Part shown: piece after piece, positions 50,192 to 62,780 of the stretch | Layout: each line of letters opens with the position of its first letter | Position numbering within the stretch: position 1 is the first letter of the stretch | Source: Trypethelium eluteriae | Lineage: Eukaryota | Length of the DNA stretch: 64,000 nucleotides | Direction of reading: 5' to 3' | NCBI GenBank assembly: GCA_051942245.1 | Contig: JAVECL010000035.1 | Span: forward strand, 1 to 64,000 | Position numbers and translations under genes: made by a program | The notes under the pieces: generated by a model | What the model was told of the DNA's origin: nothing | Seen by the model: the letters and a program-made list of their open reading frames with translations, nothing else | Database searches by the model: none

Positions 50192-52816
50192 ATGCGCTCA
50201 AACCTTACCCGAATTATCCTGCAAAGGATCGCATATAGTGAACCTATCCTATTTCGAAACTGTTTATACAAAGCTCCCAGATCGAGACTGAGACTACTCT
50301 CTCACCATGGCCACCAGGCTTCGCCTTGCCAGCGGCGGACTCTGTTCGGCTGGATGCGAAAACCCCAACGGGAGATCAAAGAGGCAGACATTGACCCAGG
50401 CTTGGAAACCATGGGAGCTTTAGTTCGGATGACAAGCCTCTCTGCTCGTAGACCTCCTCCAGATGAGCTGAGTGATGCATGGAGGAAATTCTTTCGGGCT
50501 AAACAAGAGAAGGGTGATGCCGTACAAGACTTTCAAGCCACGCTGGCAATCCAAACCCTTGGCTACTTGCAAACGGCTCCTCGTGTAGATGGGAAGACAC
50601 CTTGGATAGAAACCCAGGATTTGAGCACCGCTTTACTCGCGCTAAGAACCATACCGAAGGACTTGGGACAAGAGCATCAAATACTTGCGCGAGCAATCTT
50701 CGAAGAGCTCAAATCCCGACATAGTAGTCTGGCGCCGGGCGAGCAACGCATGGGAACAAATTTCCTTATATTCTTGTGGGTCCTAGTTCATACAGGAGGG
50801 ACGGGAGAGGCGTACGAGTTGATGCAGAAAGAACTGGACGAGGACACCACTGTCGCACCTGAATCTACTGGTGATCAACGAAAGGGAGGTTACCAAAGTA
50901 CGGCCTGGCAAGCATCCAGTCATGTTATCGATGGATACATGAGAGAGGGTAATGAGTCCGGGATTTTAAGATGTGTTGAAATGATGAAGCGTCATCATAT
51001 GCCTTTTGAGAATCGTCACCAAAAGCTAATCGTTAAGTTCTACGCGGAGCGCGACGACGTGCAGAATACCAGATACTGGTATGAGCATCCAATAGGACCC
51101 TCAGCATTCAATGAACAGGATGATCGGAAAACTGAAAAACACAGACACCCGGAAACCTATCTTACCACTGTACGTCTCTGTATCCGAAAACATGATAGAG
51201 AGTGGGGTAGTAAGATCATGCAAGATGTAGTGCAAGATGCCAATCCCGGAGAAATGGCTTGGAATGCGGTATTCATCTGGGCAGCTTTTATGGGCAAAGG
51301 CGTCGACGAGGTCGAGCGAATGATGGACGTGATGTTGGAGAGGTTTCCACAGAAGAAGCTGACCACTGCTACAATTAATAATCTAGTCGAAATTGCTATG
51401 GAGCGAGACGACATTTACATGGCAGAGCGGTTCACCAACCTGGGTGAACGACGAGAAATCCGACCGGATGCTTCTACGTACATTCTGCAGATGAAATACC
51501 GTCTCCAGATAAATGATATTGACGGCGCCCGCGCAGCTTACCGCAAACTCCAGAGTGAGGAGATTGAGGATAATAAAGATCTTTCAGTCGTGAATCGGCT
51601 CATCCGAGCGATGTGCGCCATCAAAGGGTACAACTTCGAGTCCATCATCCACATTGTCGAAGATATCAATCACCGGCGCCTGCGCTTTGAACCCGAAACC
51701 GTCTCTGCCCTAACTCTCCTCCATCTCTCTCGTGACGAACTTCACGACGCGATCGATCTCCTCCAAACCCACAACTTCCACTTCTCAATCCAGGAGCGCT
51801 CCCTTATCAGCAATGCTCTCTACGACTTCTGCCTCGATCCCTCCAATTCCACCGCTCGTGCATGGGATACCTACACGATCCTAACCCAAATTTTCGGCGA
51901 GACTTCACGCGAGCAACGCACCACGACTATGAACGCATTCTTCTCCCGCCGCCGCCCTGACATGGCGATCCACGTCTTCAACAGCATGCGCACGAACACT
52001 CAGCCCGATACCGAGGCCACCCTCGACACCTACGTCGCCGTCCTGATGGGACTCGCTCGCTCCGCCTCCACCATCTCCCTCGACGCCGGCGCCCTCTCCG
52101 AGATCATCCGCTCTGACGCCGGCCTCCCTCCAGACGACGACGTCGACATCGAGGGTTTTGGCGAGGGTGGCGCGTTGAGCGACTATGACAACGAGCTCGA
52201 GACGCTGCTGGGCTCGGTGTACTCGCATATCAAGCTCGATGCCACGCTGCCCAGCCCACACCCGACGCAGCTGCTGAATGCGCTGATGATCGTGTATACG
52301 GCGCTTGGGCATCCGGCGCGGGCGCTGGATTTCTGGGAGCAGATTGCGCAGTCGACCGAGGGGCCGAGCTGGAGTAGCGTGCATGCGGCATTTCGGTCGT
52401 GTGAGCAGGCGCCGTGGGGGGATGATGAGGCGAGGAAGATTTGGAGGAGGTTGAGGAAGATGGATGTTGATATTGGAGCGAGTGTTTGGGCGAGTTATTT
52501 GGGAGCATTAGTGGGGAATGGGGCAGTGAATGAGGCGTGGGAAGGGGTGGAAACGTTTCAACGCGAGAGTGGAGAGGCGCCTGGAGCGTTTATGTGAGTA
52601 TCTCTGGGTAGCTTCGTTTGAGTTTGGACTGACAATCCATGCAGGCTGGGAACCTTATTCAGTGCTGCGCACCAGCAGGTAGCGAAACAAAGAGAATTAG
52701 CTAGACGGATAAAAGAAAAGTATCCGGAGACTTGGGAAGAGTTGGAGAAGATTGGATACAGGACTACGGTAGAGGGCCACAAGAGTTTTAACATTGATCG
52801 GGAGGTGTTACCGTAA
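50192..52816 (+). CDS. cia84: Complex I intermediate-associated protein 84 (PPR-like helical repeat chaperone)
   Basis: MRSNLTR presequence; QRRTLFG; GKGVDEVERMMDVM; YMAERF; STARAWDTY; final exon after an intron starting near 52594. Confidence 0.82.
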
Positions 52817-53378
52817 CGAGCGTCTCTTAATTCAGTTAAGAGTGCTACGTTTGGGATGATGATCAGCAATCTACCCAACTTTTCTTCGGTTGTAAATAAA
52901 GCTTATGGCCTTGTTTCAAGAATGTACATAGATGTATAGGAGAATCCTGGATCCTGGACAACCTAGACGGAAGTAGTCACTTGTGTTGAGTATCGCTGCA
53001 GAAAGGACTGTTCTTACCCAGCACTCAATGCAAACTTCTGAATATGCAATTTCCAGCAGAGGTGTCTTCGTAGGCCGTTTCAGGTCACTGGGTTTTGCCT
53101 CGAGATCCTCTCGAGATCTGTCAAAATCGATTAGGTCCTGACCAAGGCTGCCTGTGGATCTGTAATGGCTCGCTAGTAACGGCCACCAAAGAAGGCGATG
53201 CTGAAGACAGCCAGTTACCTGGCAAGATCTATGTATACCTGATATAGTGACGTCGGAGTACCTCGTCTCGTACGATGATGGCCGTGCTTCGAAATGCACT
53301 AAACCTCATTGGTTATTCATCTTCAACCTACACTTCAGAGGCGCAAACCACAGGTACACCACAGTCAAACTCACAATT

Positions 53379-54420
53379 ATGGCTTCCAAATTGGCCTCGT
53401 TCCTCCTACGGAGGAGCGCAAGCAACGGAAGGGTTGTCTCGAGGCATCAATGCCGAAGAATCACAGCAACCACGCCTCGGGCGAGCTCCTCTCTCAATGT
53501 TGTACGTTTCATCGTAGCATCTTGAGGCGAACTCTTGGACTAATAAGTCTAACAGCACCGCGACGCTCCCAACAACAATCCCTCGATCCCATTCAAATTT
53601 ACCCCCCAGAATGAAAAGCTCGTTGAAGAGATACTCACGCGATACCCATCCCAATACAAAAAGGCAGCCGTGATGCCTCTCCTGGACCTTGGACAGCGAC
53701 AGCATGGTTTTACTAGCATCAGCGTCATGAATGAGGTCGCTCGGATTCTGGAAATGCCACCAATGCGTGTCTACGAAGTTGCCACCTTCTACACAATGTA
53801 CAATCGGACACCCGTGGGCAAATACCACGTCCAATGCTGCACCACCGTGAGTTCCGGCCGATCCTTCACTCTCGATACTCCCAGCTTATAGCAGCTAACC
53901 TGACTGTTCCTCGTCCACGTAGACTCCTTGCCAACTCCGCGACTCCGACTCCATCATGAAAGCAATTACCTCCCACCTCGGCGTCCAAAACGGCGAAACT
54001 ACACCCGACAACCTCTTCACCCTCACTGAAGTCGAGTGCCTCGGTGCCTGCGCCAACGCCCCGATGGTCCAAATCAACGACGACTACTACGAAGATCTCA
54101 CCGCCGAGACAACCGTCGACTTGCTAAAATCGTTACAGGCCGCTGCTGAGCAGACAGGCGCTCACGCCACGGGTAGCGCGCCGGGATTGGCAGGAGACGC
54201 AGGAAAGGGGGCGGTGAAGGGGGCGGAGAGGAACGTGCAGGGCGGAGGTGAGAGGACGAGTAAGAACCAGGGAAGGGGGTACAGTGCACAGGGCGTGAAG
54301 TTGCCGAGTCCGGGACCGCTGAGCGGGCGGACGACGTGTGAGCCGAAGACGGGATTGACGAGTTTGTTGGAGGTGAAGGAGTGGAGTGATGCGAAGATGA
54401 GGCAGGATGGCGCACTTTGA
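53379..54420 (+). CDS. nuo-24: NADH:ubiquinone oxidoreductase 24 kDa Fe-S subunit (NDUFV2 orthologue)
   Basis: [70 protein letters not shown]. Confidence 0.97.
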
Positions 54421-54954
54421 TGGGTTGCAATGAAGGGTAGTATGGATTTGGACGGCGATAAACATCTGGACAGATATCCAGGCGAACTGTTTGATATCTG
54501 CTATGGAAAATAGCGTACCGTCGCTTGATGTAAGCATTAGGATCACGGAGCTCGCGTTGTAAGAGTGCATGCAGGATGCCAGCAAGCAAAAACTGCCAAC
54601 TGGCAATAAGAGATCAACTACACAAGAGCTCATTGCTTCCAGCTGCGATTGTAAAGTCACAAGTGACACCATCAAAACCATTTAGTTATTACCAAGAACT
54701 TTTGAGAGCTAAAGGTAAGTCGGTTCGTCTCGCTTACCGTAATTTATGTACGGCAACGCAAGAGTGCCAAATGCTACTAGGAAAATCATATTTGGAATAG
54801 CTTCAGAACATGCTCGGACCATGATCAGGTGCTTAAATGATACTTGTGCTCAGCCATAGCGGATAATTGGGCGGGGCGAAAACTGCCAAAACCGCTGTGC
54901 TACTCTATGGATTGCTTCATGTTTCCGGTGTGTTGACATTCATCAATCTAGCTG

Positions 54955-54972
54955 TTTTTTTTTTTTTTTTTT
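54955..54972. repeat. Poly(T)18 tract
   Basis: 18 consecutive T between the convergent nuo-24 and Vps62-like genes. Confidence 0.9.
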
Positions 54973-55373
54973 AGCTTCGCTTATGTTGAAGGTCTTCAGC
55001 TGATCAGTTTATGTAGAATCTTACTTTTGGTCGCATCAAAAAGCTTGCGGAAATGAACAAAATCCGAAGTATTTAGGTATGTTTGCATCTCGACACACCG
55101 ATACTAGTATACGCTGGGACGATAATATATGAACTCTTGAGCAGATTTGGGTTCATTCGAGTGAAGAAGAAAGGCTTCGAAATACGGAGTATATAGAACC
55201 CGTCAAACGTAAGACGACTCTCGACATTCTTGACTAAGGATACAATCAAATGACCGGTGTGTTCTATCCAGCCGACCCATGCCGCTAATGCCCAGCCAAA
55301 AACAACCCCAAATATGTGCAGGATCAAAATATAATGCTTCTCGGCCCCGTCGGCCCCATCCCACCTTTTCTCA

Positions 55374-57466
55374 TCAATCATTCAGCGTCCCCGGCCACTC
55401 CACCTCGCCCGAATCCGGCACCTCTCTCACCGCCGGCTCCTCCCAATCGACATCGTCCGCCTCGCCCTTCCCATCCCTCCCATACTCATCCCACCTCCGC
55501 ACCAGCTTCACATCCGACCCTCCCAGCGCTCCCTCAATCCAGTGCTTGATCACGCATCGCCCAGGCCCCTGACATATCGTCGTCCGGTCCAGCCGCTTCG
55601 CCCACGGCCCAATCGGCCCGCTCACATAGTGGTATTGCCCTGCGAACCGGTACTGCCGCTCGTCGGACAGCGGATACACCTTGTCGCCCCAGTGGCCGCG
55701 GAAGAGAAACCACTCCAGCGGCGCGTGTGGCGTTCGGCTTGAGGCGCGCAGGATTGGCCGTCGGATCTGGGCGCTTGCCTCTTCGCTCAGGGCGAGGGTG
55801 GCGTCGGATGGGTTGGCGAGGTCGGAGGGGAGAGCGGTGGGGATGTTGCTGTCGATGGTGGTGTCGTGCAGGATGGATTCGCTGTCTTCGGATGCGAAGG
55901 GTTTGCTGGGGAGCTCGTACGTGTAGGAGTAGAGGTTGAGTGTTGGGTCCCAGAGGGGACCGCGGTCGGTTTCGTCGTGGAGGAGGCCCCACGGGAGGAT
56001 GTAGGCGTGCGTGCCGGGGGTGGCGTACATGGCATGCGTACCGGTTGCCGAGTAGACGACAGGCTGCAAAAGTTGTCAGTTCTGTAGGTGTGCTGAGGGA
56101 GTGACCGTGGGGAAGAACGACTTACCCGTTTGCCAATCTTCTCCACAGCGTCGTATGCGTACGCCTCGCCAAAGTTGTGCTCGCTAATGAACACTTCAAT
56201 TGGCTCACCGTTTTTAAAGCGCACAAGTGTGTGCTCCCAGTCGCCGACATGGTTTCCAAACCGCACGTTCAGCACCACATTTCCGAGGTTGTAACTGTAG
56301 AAGAAGAACCAAAAGGCATCGACTATTCCATCGCCTTTATCGATCGCAACGAGTACAGCTGGAGCATCGCTACGCCCACCACATGGTTTTTTCTTTTTCT
56401 GCGTTCCAGGTGATCCCGAGGTAGAGCTTATTGGGTCCCTTCTTCTAAAAATGTTATTACTGCCCCTGAATTCGACCTTCGAACCTTCTGAGCGTGACAG
56501 TATATCTTGAGTGTCTGGATCAACGACTCTACATTTCTCATCATCTGGTATGGTCGGAATATTGCTCTTCCCGCCCAGCCATTCCGGCCTCTCTTCCACG
56601 TTGTCGTCGCTTTGTAAATACACGTGACGAGGCCCGTATTTGTTGAGATCATTAAGATTCGTGAGATTTGGGGAGTCTGTACTTGCTTTTAATGGGGTAT
56701 AGTTCAGGTGAGGTGTGGTATGGATGAGATGATCAGCAATGTCACCCGGCCAGAACTCCTCGGCGGAATAAAGATGAACAAAAGGGGCGTAATCTAAAAT
56801 GTATTGGGGTATCTCGCGCAATCGTCGTTCGTCGTCTGTCCAGTCTTCAGGCCGTGATTTCCCGCTACTCCAAAAATCCCTCTTCCATCTTGCCTCCTCT
56901 TCCAATTCCTCGGCTGTTAGAGTAGGGGCCTCATGTTCGGCCCCGACCCATTCCGATTGATGTGTCAAATGGGAAACACCACAAAGACCAACCCATTTGC
57001 AGACTTGTCTGTCGACCCAAGAATGAGAGGATCCGATCCAGTGGCGTTCTTTGAAAGACTCCGAAGCGCCAAGACGATGTAAGCGTACATGGTATCCCAA
57101 TTCCAAGAGACCGCAAATGCCAAAAAAGGAGGATATAGTAGCGAGAGTCGCGGGTGACAGCTGCCACGCCTTCTTCATCACGGAATCGGAGCTAGAATTG
57201 GAAATGTCTTTAGACTGCGCCGATATCAAACATTGAGATTTTTGGGATATTTCATGGGAAATGATAATATCTTGGTAAGGGGCTGCGGTGGAAGAAGGCC
57301 CACGGATCGTGTCACTCCATGTAGCGGGTTTATAGTGTGAAGCATTCGCCACCTGGGCTGCTATTGTTGTCGTTGGGGATAGGGAGGCTGAAGTAGAAGA
57401 AGTTGCAGTCGTTAAGTACTCGAAAGGCACGAGCGGTGCCTGACCGCCATTATATTGTAGAGGCAT
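55374..57466 (-). CDS. Vps62-related (DUF946) protein
   Basis: YILDYAPFVHLYSAEEFWP; VDAFWFFFYSYNLG; FGNHVGDWEH; PVVYSATGTHAMYATPG; WGDKVYPLSDERQY. One intron at about 56066-56125. The start codon is uncertain. Confidence 0.9.
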
Positions 57467-58193
57467 CACTATAACAAAGGACCGGTCAGTATTTCCGGTT
57501 GATGAATGTTGTTTTCGCAGAGAATAGAAAACCTTGAGGGCCAGAAGCGAAATCAATGTCTAGGGAGATGAGCAACCTTCAGCTTTGGGGCCGGAGGCAG
57601 AGCATGTAGGGCAAGTGGCTCAGCTCTACAGCCATGGAACTCAAAAGCTTTGAACATTTGACTCTGATTGCGATATCCTAGATTCCTCATACGCCTTGAT
57701 AAAGAATTACTTACTCGTTGCCGGTGCTTCACAATGCTATCTCGTCGTCAAAGCGGGAGTCCGTCGGAGACCTTGACAGAGTTCTTGTTTGTTGACAGCT
57801 AGGTGAAACAGACAAAAGCGCCCCATGCCAGGCGAAGCGAAAGCTCAATCCGGTGAGCAGAATTAGGACGTGGTGATAATCCGCATGCCACGAGGTCGTG
57901 CACCATGTCACCGATGTCCTACCTGCCGCTAGGGCTGATGCACAAGACTACGTCAGATCCGGAGGATGCGCGACAGGGACTATCTTATTGGGGCATTTGG
58001 AAGGACCCTAGCCTAGCCAAAAGCATCTCGACCTCGACCACGAACGTCGAGCCTCTGACCAACACTGTTGCTGCCCAAGTTTGCCTTCATTCGCGATTGT
58101 GATGGTCCCTGGCTAGATCTTCGGCCGTGGCACGGTTCCTAACGTCGCGCCCTCTACCAAACATGGCCCCCCACCACCGCTTCTGCCACAACC

Positions 58194-59381
58194 ATGGCCA
58201 AACGCGACCTTGCTAATGGAGGCAGCGACCATGGCGTTGACTCGGAGTGGGAATACGAGTATAGTCAGGAGGAGAGTGAGGTGAGTATCTGGTTCTCAGC
58301 TGTGGACTAAGGGCGCATCTTAACCCTATCGTTGTAGGACTTATACTTTGTACTCGAGTTTCCCATACCGGTCGAGCCAGAAACTGAGCCAAAAATTACA
58401 AAAAGAGCTAACATAGTGTTTTCAAGCTCTGGCGACGCCCTTGCCGATGCTCAAGATGGTTCCGTGACGCCAGAGTGGTCTCCGGATCCGGCAATGCGCC
58501 GTCCGAGCGCTGTCAAGGATGACATTCAGATTACCGATTTGCATAGTTTGCACCCCTTGGTCGCATACAAGCGCCAGATCTACTCCTGTAACTGGGCGTC
58601 TACGCTTGGAACGGACATGATATTCTATCGACCTGTCAACGAGCAGAGTGAGCAACAACCGGCAGATCCGCCATCGCGACTGGTAGCAACGACTGCTGCA
58701 AAGCTTGTCGCGAAGCCCATTGAAGTGCGGGCAAGAGAATCAAATCCTCTTCGACCTCCTACAGCAATCCCAGCTGTTGGAAACGGCCTGCAGACTGGTG
58801 AGACAGAGCAATCAAAAGTACAAAAGCAGAAGGATTTCTTAGAAAGGCTACAAGCAGCGAAGAGCAAAAGAGGCGAAGTGGACTCTGTGCCAATGGAGCC
58901 AATCCTCACGCTCAAGAGACCAGTCGATTGGGTGGATCAAGAAAAGTTCGATCAGGCTCGGGCAGAGCACGAGGGTCGTAAAAGGAAGTCCAATAATGAC
59001 GAAGGAGCTCCGAAGACTCCGAAAGCACGAAAGCCAAAATCGAAGGGAGATACGCCTGTGGAGAAAGGTCAGCCGACGAGAAGAGGTTCTGGAAGACGCG
59101 TTGGACAGCCTTCGGGGAGGAAGTCTAATAGAGAGTTGCGGAATTTGTTGGGACTCAAAGATACCGATGGAGAAAAGGGAGAGTCACAGGAAGCAGGTGT
59201 TCCTGCGAATGGCGAGAACGATTCAGCTTCGATCTCAATTCCTACTCCTGCACATTTCGATTTTGTCGAATCAGAAGATGGGCAGCGTACCGCAACAGTG
59301 CCGCGAGACAGTTTCAGAGAGGTTGCAGCGAACGACTTAGCTACTCAGAGAGGTGCCGACACTATGGAAGATTCGGATTGA
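58194..59381 (+). CDS. TFIIIC subunit with triple-barrel domain (TFIIIC_sub6-like)
   Basis: DSEWEYEYSQEESE|DLYFVLE; IQITDLHSLHPLVAYKRQIYSCNWASTLGTDMIF. Intron 58281-58338. Confidence 0.8.
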
Positions 59382-59907
59382 TGACCTTGATGCCCTTACC
59401 AGGAATGACATTTAAAGCAGCGGGGCCACAAAATCAAGTTACATCAAAGTGAAGCTAAATACAAGTCAGCTGCTGTCGCGGTGATGTTTATGCACAGTTC
59501 AAGGAAGTTCGACGTCGTAGAAAGCCTCCTTCTGTTTGTCACTTCCCGCGCTGCACACTCCGCATCTGCTGCTTCTAAGCTAGCCACATGCAGAACACAT
59601 GTCGCTACTTTGCAGGAACATTCCTCTACACTTCTTTACCTTTGCACGCTTTCTTTGATATTGGCTCTCAAGACCCAATCCCGTCTTGCTGCTTAGTCCA
59701 CAGCATCTTACATGGATCTGTGGGAGGTTCTTGTCGCTTTTCGTGAATTTGGCCGACTTAACCGCATTATTGAAGGATTCTGGCCACACTATTCAAGAGA
59801 CATAGTCGCGTTTCTCCTCCGGGGTGTCATACGCATTAACATAAATTTTGAAGAACCCTAGCCGGTTTGAACAACCATAGGCTTCGACGAATCTTTGCAG
59901 CCGCAAC

Positions 59908-60408
59908 ATGACACCACAACGCGAAGACATACACGTTACATTCACTGCACAAGACACCCTTGCCGGACTGTTTCGCTCTCCTTCCTGGAATGCAGAAAGA
60001 GATAAGGCTTGGTTCCTATCCGCACCAAGCAACGGCTCTCCTGAAACTGCTCTCTCGGTGCCTATTCTTGCCTCCAACAAAGCCCAGGATATCGACATCA
60101 TCCGTCTTGTTGCGATCGATCTTCTTGCGTCGTGCAAGACGATTGACACATTTTTCGGCAACCTCTCCATGCAAGACGCTCTCTACGGCAATCGTGAGGA
60201 TAATTCGATTACAGCTCTTGAAATGCACCGCCGAACAATGTGTTCTCCTGCAGCCGGTCATCATGCGAGGGAGCCCTCAGCTTTACCTCGATGGCCTGGA
60301 CTCCATGGCGGGGATGATGTGGAGGAGAGATGGGCGACTTTGCGTGCGAAGAGGCGGCAGCTGAACGGAATCCAGCGAAGAAGCAGTGAGCAGGGTGAAT
60401 ACTGGTGA
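59908..60408 (+). CDS. Hypothetical protein
   Basis: 166-aa ATG-started ORF with protein-like composition; no motif recognised. Confidence 0.3.
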   Translation: MTPQREDIHVTFTAQDTLAGLFRSPSWNAERDKAWFLSAPSNGSPETALSVPILASNKAQDIDIIRLVAIDLLASCKTIDTFFGNLSMQDALYGNREDNSITALEMHRRTMCSPAAGHHAREPSALPRWPGLHGGDDVEERWATLRAKRRQLNGIQRRSSEQGEYW

Positions 60409-60931
60409 CAATGTTTCTCTGTTGTGCTTGTGCGGGAGCATCTACCGGTTCTGTCCTACGGGTTTCAGTCTCTTCCTCCCCAAATCCTCTAAGAAATTGG
60501 CTCCACCAATCCTACCTATTGCCACTCTGGTCAATTTGCAGCCTTCACAGCCTTTACCTCTGCTACCTCAAATTAGCTAGACCCTTCTGTAGTGTCTAAG
60601 TACGGAAGATCTTTTAGACTCAACCGTGCGAGTGCATACCAGGGGGCGAACTAAGAAATGTCGGTGCTGTAGGAGTGGCCGAATTTTTGACCTCTGCAGG
60701 TTTGGGAGGACCCCAGTAAGTTCGGAAGACGAGCTTAGAAAAAGTGCTTAGTTGGAGATCGAAGAGGAATGCATAAGATCGCCCTCGAACTCTATCTTGA
60801 ATTTATACAACCCGGGAAGAGCCCGATAAGCTTTCAAGCCAGAAGGCACCTGCAATCATCTTAAGTCTTGGTGTGGGTCGCCGACATTTTTTTAAATTCC
60901 CCCGATGGTGTGCATCTCGTGTAAAATGCTG

Positions 60932-61815
60932 TCAACTTTGACTTCGGCCCTTTTCGATGCACATGAAAATCGCATTTATCACCTCGGCGGGTACCGAATT
61001 AGTTGCATAAACGATCGTCTCGGCCCGGATTGGATCATCCATTGTCAACTCGTAAAAATATACTCTTTCATCTATCTGGGAAGGCTGGCAAGGCCTGAAA
61101 CGGACGACATGTTTTGGGTTAGGATGGGAGAAGGAAAGCCGAGGCCCAATAGATTCAGAAATGCACGCCTGTCGCTCCTTAACAAATTCCAAGATTACGT
61201 TCTGTATATTGTACAACCTCAAGGTTTCTAGCTTCATCATGTCCGGATGACTGAGCTTGAAGGTAGTCAATCGTGAAACTCCGAGGGAAACGGCTGAGCG
61301 CCAAATTTTTACATAGACTTTCTTGGAACCTCGTCCCACCGAGGCTAGGTGCGAAACACGGCGGTTCTAGTAGATCCTGATACGGCGGTCTATTCGCAGA
61401 ACTGTACTTACTCTCAACCGACGAACCGGATCCCACCAAAACGAGACTTGAGACGATCTTCGAGAGCGATCATCCCCGTGCAAAATGTAGAGACTCACGC
61501 ATCGTTCCCAGATCTCCACATCCCCAGACACCCGAGAGAAGCTTATGGAACGGAGATTTTCTGGTGTCTCGGAAGCTCCATATGGTGATACATGCCTCTT
61601 GGCAGACACTTTCAGAGGCCAACTGGACATCTGTCCCCTGCTTTCAGTCTTCTACCATACGTGATCTGAATGTCTCGATACACAGATTGCATGAGCAATT
61701 GCGGGGAGTCGTCCAAACAGCCGTCCCTTAATGCTGCACCGCCTTCTTGAACTAGACCCGACCTTGTATCAAACCTTAGCAGGTGGATAACATGGCAATA
61801 TAGTTCAAGGCTCAC
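60932..61815 (-). pseudogene. Possible degraded gene (F-box-like N-terminus)
   Basis: Consecutive broken minus-strand ORFs: SLELYCHVIHLL...LMQSVYRDIQI, then ...LETLRLYNIQNVILEF. Weak resemblance only. Confidence 0.3.
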
Positions 61816-62051
61816 AGATCCTCAGTGGCAACCTTGTGAGAAAAGTATGGAAGACCTTCGGAGATATAAAGATCTCTCGTCTGTCTCCTTGCATTCGATC
61901 TGCAGCATCTCAGCTATTCCATTCTCTTCAATTCCTTTCAATTCCTAAGCTCTGAGATTTGACATCTCGTCATTCTTCACTCTCACTCCCTAACCACTCG
62001 ACTGATTCCATTCTTCCAATCTTTTCCAAAAACCATACATTCTCTTCCACC

Positions 62052-62780
62052 ATGCAGCTCACACTCCTGACACTCTCTGCCATTCTGGCATTCGCCAATG
62101 CGATCCCTACCGCTACTCACAAACACGCCCCCAGAGGTATACCCTAACCGCTCTTACCCATGGCCTTCTCCTCCCAATAGTAAGGCTTCCGTACTGACGC
62201 TCTCGGCTACAGAGCCTCAACTCGGCGGCGGCGCAGGCGGCTTGCTCGGTGGTCTTGGCGGCGGTGCTGCTGCCCCAACTGGCGCCGCTGGCTCTGATCC
62301 TCTTGGAGGTCTTGGTGGAGCTCTCGGTGGTATGTCTCCCTCATTTCTCTTCCTGATATCTCTCCTTTGTTATTCGTTCTCCCCAGTGCGTGCTTCACAT
62401 GCTAAATTAATACTCTGTATAGGTCTCGGGGGTGGATCTGGTACCGGCGGTGGAGCAGGTGGCCTAGGCGGCTTACTCGGCGGACTCGGAGGTGGGAGCA
62501 CGGGCGCAGGTGCTGGGGGCTTGGGCGGACTTGGTGGGCTCGGAGGAGGCAGCACGGGTGCGGGTGCTGGTGCTGGCGGCTTAGGCGGTCTTACTGGAGG
62601 TGAGTGAATACTTTATGGAGGTCCTTGCACATTGTTGGGTTGCTTACCAAGTGACTTGCAGGCCTCAAGGAGCGTAGTAAGGTGGATGACGCGACCGCGA
62701 AGGCAGCGAACTACCTTCGCGAGCGTGCTGCTGAGCTTGAGAGACGCGCGATCGAGGGTGACGCCGAGGCTGAGGAATAG
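62052..62780 (+). CDS. Small secreted glycine-rich (GGLGG repeat) protein, 4 exons
   Basis: Signal peptide MQLTLLTLSAILAFANA. Splicing gives IPTATHKHAPR|EPQLGGGAGGLLGGLGG...GLTG|GLKERSKVDDATAKAANYLRERAAELERRAIEGDAEAEE*. TATA-like gatataaa near 61863. Confidence 0.82.
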
